Positions 9,254 through 17,068 of a stretch of 64,000 nucleotides of DNA are shown piece by piece. Positions within the stretch are counted from its first letter, which is position 1. The number at the start of each line of letters is the position of its first letter. The notes under the pieces were generated by a model. It saw nothing but the letters and a program-made list of their open reading frames with translations. It searched no databases and was not told where the DNA came from. The stretch comes from an uncultured Roseibacillus sp. (GTDB taxonomy: Bacteria; Verrucomicrobiota; Verrucomicrobiia; Verrucomicrobiales; Akkermansiaceae). The DNA lies in NCBI GenBank assembly GCA_964444495.1, contig CAYUHN010000001.1, forward strand, positions 1,834 to 65,833. Direction: 5' to 3'. Made by a program: the position numbers and the translations under genes.

Positions 9254-9649
9254 ATGAAAGGATGGAGTGAATTGTTTCGTGCGATGACCACCTGGACAGG
9301 ACAGGACATTGCGAAGGTGATTTTGAGTGCGGTTGTCATTGCTGTGGTGACTAAGATTCAACTCGTGAGTGACCGTCTCTCGGCTTTACTGATCGCTTTG
9401 CCACTAACTTCGCTTCTAGCAATGATGTGGATGCGGGCGGAGAAACAAGAGAGTGAACGGATTGCTAATCATGCGGAGAGCACGTTTTGGTTCGTGCTGC
9501 CAACTTTGCCAATGTTTTTGATATTGCCTTGGATGCTTCGCAAGGGTTGGGGGTTTGGGTGGAGTTTATTTTTGAACTGTCTCCTCACTGCAGTGCTTTT
9601 TTGGATGATGATTGCACTGCTACGAAAGTTTGGGGTGAAGGTGTTGTGA
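9254..9649 (+). CDS. small integral membrane protein (about four TM helices, DUF3147-like)
   Basis: 131 aa consisting almost entirely of four hydrophobic helices. The family assignment is from memory only. Confidence 0.5.
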   Translation: MKGWSELFRAMTTWTGQDIAKVILSAVVIAVVTKIQLVSDRLSALLIALPLTSLLAMMWMRAEKQESERIANHAESTFWFVLPTLPMFLILPWMLRKGWGFGWSLFLNCLLTAVLFWMMIALLRKFGVKVL

Positions 9650-9677
9650 GCCGTTTGCCGGTCATGTGATCGCTTTT

Positions 9678-9974
9678 TTAGAGCGATCGTAGGTAGGAAA
9701 AACTATAAAGACCGGTGCTGTGGCCGTCGCCCCAGCGAGGTTGGAGTGCGTAGCCTCCGACGACTTCCCAAGAGGTGAGTTCGAATGCTCTGGGTCCGTA
9801 TTGGACTTTTGGGCGAATAACTTTTCCAAGGGCATCGGGCTCTCCTTGGCAATTGGCACACGGACAGGCTTGGCGTAGTTTTTCAAAATTAAGGAAAGTT
9901 TCGCGGCCATCGCTCCAAGCAAGAGCAAGTTCGCCATTGATAGCTGCGCAATTAGCTAGAGAGATCGTATTCAT
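9678..9974 (-). CDS. DUF971 family protein (gamma-butyrobetaine hydroxylase-like N-terminal domain)
   Basis: LRQACPCANCQGE ... GGYALQPRWGDGHSTGLYSFSYLR matches the DUF971 signature (CPCAxC plus DGHxxGIY). The 98-aa size is typical. Confidence 0.8.
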   Translation of the reverse strand: MNTISLANCAAINGELALAWSDGRETFLNFEKLRQACPCANCQGEPDALGKVIRPKVQYGPRAFELTSWEVVGGYALQPRWGDGHSTGLYSFSYLRSL

Positions 9975-9992
9975 TTTTTGGAAAGAAAAGAT

Positions 9993-10511
9993 TTAGGGAA
10001 GGGTAAGGAGACCGGCTTCTCCGTTTGGCCAGACGGCCCCACTAAGAATCCATCTTTTGAGAATTTCGCTATCACTTTTCGCGAGTTTGACTTCTTTTTT
10101 CGTATTCTTAATGGAGGGATGGAAGCCAAGGGCAGCTAAATAGAGGGGGCTCTGGGAAGGTTGTTGTGGAACGAGAAGGGTGGAAGTGATTGTCTTGGCA
10201 TTGCTCAAAGAAATTTGGCCAAGAGCTTGCTCGGAATTGTGACAGGCAAGACATCGTTTGGTGAGTATGGGGGCGACATGGTGGCTAAATTCGATCCGGG
10301 AGCGAGTTTCGTTAGCAACGATTGAAGAGAGGACTGGAGTTTGATCTAGTGAATTGAGACGGTGGGAGTTTTTTGAACTGCAGGAGATGACAAGAGAAGT
10401 CGTCAATGGGATGAGTATAGAGGCGATTTTTCCTGAAAGGAGATGTTTTGGAGTGGAAATTAGCCCTTTTGGGTCAGAAAGCTCTCTGTGAGCGAATTTA
10501 TGTTTTACCAT
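9993..10511 (-). CDS. lipoprotein with PSCyt1 (planctomycete cytochrome c-like) domain
   Basis: Lipobox-like LVISCSS, then FSHHVAPILTKRCLACHNSEQALGQISL containing a CxxCH heme-binding motif in the PSCyt1 context. Confidence 0.65.
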   Translation of the reverse strand: MVKHKFAHRELSDPKGLISTPKHLLSGKIASILIPLTTSLVISCSSKNSHRLNSLDQTPVLSSIVANETRSRIEFSHHVAPILTKRCLACHNSEQALGQISLSNAKTITSTLLVPQQPSQSPLYLAALGFHPSIKNTKKEVKLAKSDSEILKRWILSGAVWPNGEAGLLTLP

Positions 10512-11268
10512 GAGAGTTGTTTATGTGAACGCTAACGAAGTGGTTGGGGAATTACGAGCATTCTGTTTTCTAGTCTTTTTGGGATTTTGTTCTGTATCAG
10601 TAGCGCAGACGGATGGTCCTCCAGTGAGAACACCTAGCTATCAGCGAGGGGTGCAAGGAGGGGTTCCGCAATATCCATGGCACTTGCGGACAACCGCAAC
10701 GATTTTTTGGATTGGGGAAAAACCAACGCAAGGAAATCCCACTCCGAACAATATGTCGTCCTGGGATACTAAATGGCAGCAGAATTACGGGGGTTTTGAT
10801 AATCCCAATGCTCGAAATGGCTATTTGCCTAAAGGTTTCGTGCCAAAGCTAAATCCCTTTTATGTGGCTCTTCCTTACAACGATGTCCAAAAAGGCAGTA
10901 AGCATAAGCCTGAGGCGGCTCGGGTGATTCCTTGGTTCAAACGATATAATCCGAGACCGGGGCAGACAGTTTGTCGAGGTCGTTGGGTGGAGATTGTGAG
11001 GAACGACAAGACTTGTTTTGCGCAATGGGAAGACTGTGGCCCTTTTCAGACTGATGATTGGGAGTTTGTGTTTAAAAACAAGGCTCCTCAAAATCGTAAA
11101 AATAGGGGAGCTGGGATTGATCTTTCGCCTGCGGTGCGAGATTTTTTGGGTATTAAATCTGGCCAAAAAGTTCATTGGCGTTTTGTGGAGTTTGCCAATG
11201 TGAAGCGAGGGCCATGGGCACTCCATGGGACCAACAATCCTTTCGTGAATCCGAAGGCTCGGCGATAA
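10510..11268 (+). CDS. secreted hypothetical protein
   Basis: Signal peptide LRAFCFLVFLGFCSVSVAQ, and a long ORF with normal composition. I suspected a DPBB / RlpA-like fold (RWVEIVRNDKTCFAQWEDCGPF) but cannot demonstrate it. Confidence 0.55.
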   Translation: MRVVYVNANEVVGELRAFCFLVFLGFCSVSVAQTDGPPVRTPSYQRGVQGGVPQYPWHLRTTATIFWIGEKPTQGNPTPNNMSSWDTKWQQNYGGFDNPNARNGYLPKGFVPKLNPFYVALPYNDVQKGSKHKPEAARVIPWFKRYNPRPGQTVCRGRWVEIVRNDKTCFAQWEDCGPFQTDDWEFVFKNKAPQNRKNRGAGIDLSPAVRDFLGIKSGQKVHWRFVEFANVKRGPWALHGTNNPFVNPKARR

Positions 11269-11298
11269 TCGCTCAGTACTTGCGGTCGCGGGTTAGCC

Positions 11299-11328
11299 AA
11301 AAAAAAACACGGGCTGGAAGAGCCCGTG
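11299..11328 (-). terminator. rho-independent terminator for the small lipoprotein gene (and gltA)
   Basis: 8-bp stem cacgggct / agcccgtg (11308-11315 / 11321-11328) with loop ggaag. On the minus strand it is followed by a run of nine T (plus-strand A run 11299-11307). Confidence 0.7.
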
Positions 11329-11378
11329 TGGTTTGAAGCCGAACTGTTTTCGGCGGAAACAAATTAAATTCGACGGCT

Positions 11379-11513
11379 TTAACGTCGATAAACAGTATTC
11401 TCAATACCCTCTCCAGCTTGCTGGAGGTCGCGGCCAACCCCTAAGAACGTGTTGCATGAAGTGAGTGAAAGAGCACTGAGGACAAGAAGACTAACGGCAA
11501 GCAGTTTTTTCAT
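11379..11513 (-). CDS. entericidin A/B family small lipoprotein (44 aa)
   Basis: Hand translation gives MKKLLAVSLLVLSALSLTSCNTFLGVGRDLQQAGEGIENTVYRR*. It has lipobox LTSC followed by CNT-x-x-G-x-G-x-D...G..I, as in E. coli EcnA/EcnB. It is below the ORF-track size cutoff and is followed by a strong terminator. Confidence 0.7.
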   Translation of the reverse strand: MKKLLAVSLLVLSALSLTSCNTFLGVGRDLQQAGEGIENTVYRR

Positions 11514-11585
11514 AACAAAGTGATGTGTTCCGGAAGGATAGCTCAGCGTCAGATTTGTGCAAGTCGCTCTCGTAGCATCTTTTTT

Positions 11586-12719
11586 CTAGGCTCGCTCGGC
11601 GAGGGGAGCGACTGGAGAGAGAGAATCCGGTCCAACATACTTGGTAAGAGGGCGGTAGAGGCGATTGTCTTCCAGTTGCTCAAGGACTTGAGCGGTCCAA
11701 CCAGCCATACGAGAAATTGCAAAGATGGGAGTAAAGAGATCAGTTGGGATATCGAGGCTGTAATAGACAGTCGCGGAGTAGAAATCGACGTTGGCATTGA
11801 GGCCTTTGCGCTCACGCATGAGCTCGGCGATACGCTCGGACATGTCGATCCACTTGGTTTCGCCCAATTCTTGGGTGAGCTTGATCGCCATCTTTTGAAG
11901 GTGAGGTGCGCGAGGATCGAGGACTTTGTAAACTCGGTGTCCAATGCCCATAATCTTCTTTTTGTTCGCGAGACAGTCTTCAACGAAGGCGTCGACTTTG
12001 TCGGGAGAGCCTATTTCTTGGAGCATCTTAATGACTCCTTCGTTGGCTCCACCGTGGAGGGGGCCTTTGAGGGTTCCGATGGCAGAAGTCATCGCGGAGT
12101 AGAAGTCTGAAAGGGTCGCGATTGTGACTCGAGATGAGAAGGTGGAAGCATTCATTCCATGGTCGGCATGGAGAATATAGGCGACATCAAGGGTCTTCGT
12201 TGCCGCTTCGGAAGGCTCTTCACCAGTGATGAGATAGAGGAAGTGAGCGGCTTCCGAAAGGTCGCTGCGCACTGGCGGTAGATCGAGGCCTTGGCGTGAG
12301 CGGTGGAAATAGGCGACGATAGTGGGCGTTTTGGCAACGAGAGAGAGTGCGACTTTGCGATTGGCCTCTTGGTCGGGTTCACCGATTTTTGCGCGCTGGT
12401 CGTAAAGGCCGAGCATGGAGACCCCAGTGCGAAGGACGTCCATTGGGTTGGCGTCTTTAGGTGCGTTTTTGAGGTAGTCGACGACTCCGTCGGGTAGGTC
12501 TCGATCATTGCGGAGCTCGGATTCAAGAGCTGTCAGTTCGGCTTTGTTGGGAAGTTTGCCGCGATGGAGAAGGTGTGTAACTTCTTCAAAGCTAGTGTGT
12601 TCAACGAGATCGTCGATGCTGTAGCCCAAATAGGAGAGTTTACCTTCGAGTCCTTCGACCTTCGAGAGTCCACTTTCGTTGGCGATAACCCCTTCTAAAC
12701 CTTTTGCGTAGTCTGACAT
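11586..12719 (-). CDS. gltA: citrate synthase (about 377-aa type)
   Basis: GIGHRVYKVLDPRA catalytic His motif, HADHGMNAST, and full-length similarity to citrate / 2-methylcitrate synthases. I cannot separate citrate from 2-methylcitrate specificity. Confidence 0.92.
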   Translation of the reverse strand: MSDYAKGLEGVIANESGLSKVEGLEGKLSYLGYSIDDLVEHTSFEEVTHLLHRGKLPNKAELTALESELRNDRDLPDGVVDYLKNAPKDANPMDVLRTGVSMLGLYDQRAKIGEPDQEANRKVALSLVAKTPTIVAYFHRSRQGLDLPPVRSDLSEAAHFLYLITGEEPSEAATKTLDVAYILHADHGMNASTFSSRVTIATLSDFYSAMTSAIGTLKGPLHGGANEGVIKMLQEIGSPDKVDAFVEDCLANKKKIMGIGHRVYKVLDPRAPHLQKMAIKLTQELGETKWIDMSERIAELMRERKGLNANVDFYSATVYYSLDIPTDLFTPIFAISRMAGWTAQVLEQLEDNRLYRPLTKYVGPDSLSPVAPLAERA

Positions 12720-12827
12720 AATTTAAGTAAATTGAGATAGTGTGTTACTGGGAGAGACCAAAGCGGAGGCCAAGGCTCTGCGCAAGGTGGATTTTTCGTA
12801 ATTAAGTTTCAGGGGGATGAGCAAAAT

Positions 12828-13211
12828 TCATTCAGCTTTGGCAACATTCCTAATCTGGCCGTTGCGAACCGTGATTTTTCCTTTTTGAAGAGTGAGGGCT
12901 CCGTTGTTAGCGAGATCGAATTCTTTTCGTTCAATTCGTCCCGTCATGCGTCGAATAACCTCATTATTTCTGGACCAATCAAAGAAATAGGAGCTTTTGT
13001 CCCACCCTACGAGGCGGGTTTCGTTCCCATCACGGCGGGCAGCTTGTGATTTGATAATATCATAATCTTGAATGGGATAGGTCCAAGGAAGGGAAGGTTG
13101 CTCCACTTCGGCTGGGCCACAGGAGTTGAGGCTAAGAGCGAAAAGACCTGCTAATAGCAGAGCTAACCATGATTGCCAGTTTTGGGTCGAGCAGTTTGAA
13201 TGAAGGGACAT
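12828..13211 (-). CDS. small lipoprotein, unknown function
   Basis: Signal peptide plus lipobox (LFALSLNSCGP). 127 aa. Confidence 0.5.
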   Translation of the reverse strand: MSLHSNCSTQNWQSWLALLLAGLFALSLNSCGPAEVEQPSLPWTYPIQDYDIIKSQAARRDGNETRLVGWDKSSYFFDWSRNNEVIRRMTGRIERKEFDLANNGALTLQKGKITVRNGQIRNVAKAE

Positions 13212-13268
13212 GCTTGTATTGTTTCGAGATTAGTTTTTTGTGAGTGCTAGCTTTTTCTAACGATACGA

Positions 13269-13733
13269 ATGCATTTGAGAATAACAGGGGATGAGTTAGC
13301 TACCCTCATCGATATGGTGAGTTTGGCAGCGGAGGTCTCGGCGCTCAATCACAAACCGAATAGTCAGATTCAATTGGAGCGGTTTGCCGCCCTAGAGGAT
13401 CGCATTTTGGAAAGGGCTGCTGGAGAAGGATTTAGCGAGATTATTGAGCTAGATCTTGAGACTCAGCGCCATCGGGTGACTGAAGATTATCAACTGAGTT
13501 CTGTAATTCAGGAGTGTCTGGAGGAAATGCGTAACGAGGTTTTTTGGGAGGAATTGGCTTTTCGCCTTGGTGAACGTGATGTTGCTAAAGAAATGGGAGA
13601 GAGCATCTATCTGGCGTTGAGCGAAGAGGAGCGGCAAAAAGTGGTGTTGCCCGTCCAGCAGCGTTACTGGGAGCATTTTTCGAAAGACGGGCTGAATAAC
13701 CTTCATCAGATTGCGCCTCATGGAGAAGGATAA
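13269..13733 (+). CDS. hypothetical cytoplasmic protein
   Basis: 154-aa acidic ORF with ordinary composition. Its end overlaps the fdhD start, suggesting co-transcription. No motif recognised. Confidence 0.5.
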   Translation: MHLRITGDELATLIDMVSLAAEVSALNHKPNSQIQLERFAALEDRILERAAGEGFSEIIELDLETQRHRVTEDYQLSSVIQECLEEMRNEVFWEELAFRLGERDVAKEMGESIYLALSEEERQKVVLPVQQRYWEHFSKDGLNNLHQIAPHGEG

Positions 13734-14535
13734 GACACAGGGGGAATCTCGTAATAAGCGTGAGCTGGTGGTTCATTACCGTGCGGGTGAGGGCAGGGAG
13801 GTCGAAGATGTTCTAGCGGGCGAAGAGCCTCTACAAATAACAGTAGATGGCCATCCAGTGGCGGTCGTGATGCGCACTCCAGGTGTTGATGAGGAATTGG
13901 TAAGGGGATTTTTAAAGACGGAAGGTTTGGTGCGGGAGCTGAGTGAGGTGGCAAGAATAGATACCGATTTTAAAGATAACCACGCGCTCGTTTTTTTGGC
14001 AGACGGGGTTGTTTTTGATGCGGCTCGTTTGAGCCGAAATCTGTTTAGCGCTTCTTCGTGTGGAATCTGTGGAACCGCCTCTATTGAGGCTTTGCAGAAG
14101 GACTATCCGCCTGTCGAGGGAGGCTTAGTCGTTTCTGCAGAGGCTCTTTTGACGCTACCAGATCAGATGAGAGAGGCGCAACGTGCCTTCGAGGCAACAG
14201 GAGGCATTCATGCCGCTGCCTTGATTTCTGCTGAGGGTCGGTGTCTGGTGGTGAGAGAGGATGTGGGGCGACACAATGCTATCGATAAGGTGATTGGCTG
14301 GGCTTTGTGCCAGGATTTGGCCTTCGAGGATCTCATCTTACAGGTGTCGGGACGGGTTTCTTTTGAGGTGATGCAAAAGGCTCTCGCGGTTGGATTATCG
14401 TTTATTTCCGCGATTTCGGCACCATCTTCACTGGCGGTGCAATTTGCGCGGGTCAATAACCAGACCTTGGTAGGGTTTTTGCGCCCCCCTAATTTTAATG
14501 TCTATAGCTGCCCGGAAAGAATACTTGAGAAATAG
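13711..14535 (+). CDS. fdhD: formate dehydrogenase accessory sulfurtransferase FdhD
   Basis: SSCGICG, GGIHAAAL and DVGRHNAIDKVIG motifs typical of FdhD. The first ATG is at 13720. Confidence 0.9.
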   Translation: MRLMEKDKTQGESRNKRELVVHYRAGEGREVEDVLAGEEPLQITVDGHPVAVVMRTPGVDEELVRGFLKTEGLVRELSEVARIDTDFKDNHALVFLADGVVFDAARLSRNLFSASSCGICGTASIEALQKDYPPVEGGLVVSAEALLTLPDQMREAQRAFEATGGIHAAALISAEGRCLVVREDVGRHNAIDKVIGWALCQDLAFEDLILQVSGRVSFEVMQKALAVGLSFISAISAPSSLAVQFARVNNQTLVGFLRPPNFNVYSCPERILEK

Positions 14536-14609
14536 TGGATAAAGGCCGTAGGGGCTGGGGGCTAATTCCTTTTTTGAGGAACTGGCTTTTTGTATAGAGT
14601 AGTAGGAAC

Positions 14610-15329
14610 TCAGATTTGAAAATCTTGATAGCCCGATTTTTGGTGGAGGCCGCACTCGTATTTTTCGCCTCCGAAGCGAGTCTCTTCGTTACTTTCGGCC
14701 TCGGAGCGTTTTTTGGTAGAGTGCCAGTCTCCCATTGTAACATACTCGCTCGCCAGTGGATGTTTAGGGAGATTTTCTTTCGCTAGAAATTCTTCGACGA
14801 CTTGATCTTTCCAATCAAGAATGGGGTAGGCTTTCAGGGTCTGAGCTTGCTGCTCAGCGAAGCAACGGCCCTTGCGGGTTTTGCTTTGGCAGTGACGTAG
14901 TCCACTTAGCCAGACCTTTGCGCCTGTTTCCTTGAGGGCGCGGTTCATGGGTTCGACCTTGTTAAGGAGAGCGTATTTTTCGTTTCCCTCCTCACCTTGT
15001 TCCCAGAGTTTGCCGTAGACCGCCTCTTGCCAAGCGGGGCTCCATCCAGGTCGATATATTTGCGCCTTAAAATCAAGTAAACCTTCGAGTTGAACTGCGT
15101 ATTGATAGGTTTCAGGAAAAAGGTATCCGGTATCAATAAAGACGATCGGAATCTCGGGCGCGAACTCTTTGAGCAGTTTTAGCATGACTGCTGCTTGTAG
15201 ACCATAGCTCGTGCTGGCAACAATTTCACCTGGGAAGTGGTCAGCTAGTAATCGGATTCGTTCTCCAGCCGACAATTCCGCCATGGTTGCAGAAAGCTCT
15301 GCAACGGTATTTGGAGTATTAGTGATCAC
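14610..15329 (-). CDS. cysH: phosphoadenosine phosphosulfate (PAPS) reductase
   Basis: C-terminal KYECGLH motif and GDWHSTKK. It lacks the CC...CxxC Fe-S motif of APS reductases. Its start overlaps the cysI stop. Confidence 0.9.
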   Translation of the reverse strand: MITNTPNTVAELSATMAELSAGERIRLLADHFPGEIVASTSYGLQAAVMLKLLKEFAPEIPIVFIDTGYLFPETYQYAVQLEGLLDFKAQIYRPGWSPAWQEAVYGKLWEQGEEGNEKYALLNKVEPMNRALKETGAKVWLSGLRHCQSKTRKGRCFAEQQAQTLKAYPILDWKDQVVEEFLAKENLPKHPLASEYVTMGDWHSTKKRSEAESNEETRFGGEKYECGLHQKSGYQDFQI

Positions 15330-17056
15330 TGGGACTGAGAGGTATCGTAGGCTTCTTCTTTAATGTTTTCGTGAAAGTCTCCCCCCCATTTGGTCTCATT
15401 GACATAGCCGGCTCGAATGACGAAGTCTCCGAAAGTTTCTTTTTCGTTACGGTCTTTGGAGTAGCGTTCAAGAATGGGGTCGAGCGTCTTCCGGATATTC
15501 TCTTGCTTGAGATCTTGGCGGTAGAGTTTATTGAGACGCATTCCGTTATGGCCTCCTCCAAGATAGAGGTTGTAGCGGCCTGGACCTCTCCCAACAAACG
15601 CGATCTCAGCCAGAAAAGGGCGTCCGCAGCCATTGGGGCATCCGGTCATGCGAATGGTAATCGCGTCGTGACGGAGTCCGACTTCTTCTAGTTTTTCTTC
15701 CAAAGAGTCGATAACTCCAGGTAAGCCCCTTTCGGCTTCTGCGAGAGCAAGGGCACAGGTAGGGAGAGCGACGCAAGCGATAGAGGAGAGGCGAAGTCCG
15801 CTTTTTTCATGGCTGTCGGCGATACCATACTGTTTCAAAAGAGCTACGATGGCCGCTTTCTTGTTGGGAGCGATATCTGCGATTACGAGGTTCTGATTTG
15901 CTGTGAGGCGGAAGTCGCCTTCATGAATCTTGGCAATTTCGCGCAAGCCGGTTCGCATAGGGTAGTCCTCGGTGTCTAGGACTCGACCTCCCTGGACAAA
16001 CATCGTGTAGTGAGAGTGTCCTCGATCATCTTCCATCCAGCCAAAGCGATCCCCATTGTCCTCAAAGGTGAAATCACGAACAGGCTCTAGATCATAACCG
16101 AGGTATTTATTGAGTTCGCTTTTTATCCATTCCTCTCCTCGGTCTTCTACCGTGTATTTGAAGCGTGCGTGCTTTCGATTGGTTCGGTCGCCATAGTCTT
16201 TTTGCACGAGGACGACTTTCTCGGCGACATCAACAACTTGCTCTGGTTTGCAAAAGCCGATAACATTAGCGGCTCGAGGAAAGGTCTTTTCGTCGCCATG
16301 AGTCATTCCCAAGCCGCCTCCGACCGCGACGTTGTAACCTACGACTTTCTCGTTTTCTACGATGGCGATGAAGGATAAATCATTTGCGTAAATATCGACA
16401 TCGTTTGAAGGAGGAAGGGCAACCGCAATTTTAAACTTACGCGGTAAGTATGTTTTTCCGTAAATGGGCTCAATTTCCTCTTCGCTAGTTTCTACTTTTT
16501 CACCATCGAGCCAAATCTCATGATAAGCGCGAGTTTGAGGAGTTAAGTGGTCTGAGATTTCTTGCGAGATTTTTAGAACGTCGGCGTGAACTTGTGAGAG
16601 GAAGGGATTGGGGTAGCACATCACATTCCTGTTTACGTCGCCGCAAGCTGCGATGGTATCCATCGCGGTATCATTGATTTCTTTGATTGTCCGCTTTAGG
16701 TTGGACTTAATAATTCCATGAAGTTGATAGGCTTGGCGTGTCGTAAGCTTGATGGTTCCGTTGGCGAATTCATCTGCCATGCGATCGACTTCGATCCATT
16801 GCTGAGGAGTGGTGACTCCGCCAGGAACGCGAATGCGAATCATGAAAGAAAAAGCCTTTTCTAATTTATTTGCTCGCCGTCCGGCCCGGATGTCGCGGTC
16901 GTCCTGCTGATAGGTTCCATGGAATTTGAGCAGTTGTTGATCATCTTCGCTTAACGAACCTGTAGAGAGGTCCTGGAGGCCTTCAGTCAAAGTTCCTCGT
17001 AGGTAATTTGAACGCGTTTTGATTCCTTCGTTCGCTGACAATTTTTCTTCGCTCAT
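15326..17056 (-). CDS. cysI: assimilatory sulfite reductase (NADPH) hemoprotein beta subunit
   Basis: N-terminal KTRSNYLRGTL as in CysI, a siroheme/4Fe-4S Cys cluster (TGCPNGCGRP ... ACVALPTC), and the expected 576-aa length. Confidence 0.94.
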   Translation of the reverse strand: MSEEKLSANEGIKTRSNYLRGTLTEGLQDLSTGSLSEDDQQLLKFHGTYQQDDRDIRAGRRANKLEKAFSFMIRIRVPGGVTTPQQWIEVDRMADEFANGTIKLTTRQAYQLHGIIKSNLKRTIKEINDTAMDTIAACGDVNRNVMCYPNPFLSQVHADVLKISQEISDHLTPQTRAYHEIWLDGEKVETSEEEIEPIYGKTYLPRKFKIAVALPPSNDVDIYANDLSFIAIVENEKVVGYNVAVGGGLGMTHGDEKTFPRAANVIGFCKPEQVVDVAEKVVLVQKDYGDRTNRKHARFKYTVEDRGEEWIKSELNKYLGYDLEPVRDFTFEDNGDRFGWMEDDRGHSHYTMFVQGGRVLDTEDYPMRTGLREIAKIHEGDFRLTANQNLVIADIAPNKKAAIVALLKQYGIADSHEKSGLRLSSIACVALPTCALALAEAERGLPGVIDSLEEKLEEVGLRHDAITIRMTGCPNGCGRPFLAEIAFVGRGPGRYNLYLGGGHNGMRLNKLYRQDLKQENIRKTLDPILERYSKDRNEKETFGDFVIRAGYVNETKWGGDFHENIKEEAYDTSQSQ

Positions 17057-17068
17057 AACAAATTATTT

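Noticed and set aside
11520-12110. 196-aa plus-strand ORF
   Set aside because: It is antisense to citrate synthase, whose identity is unambiguous. It is a shadow ORF.
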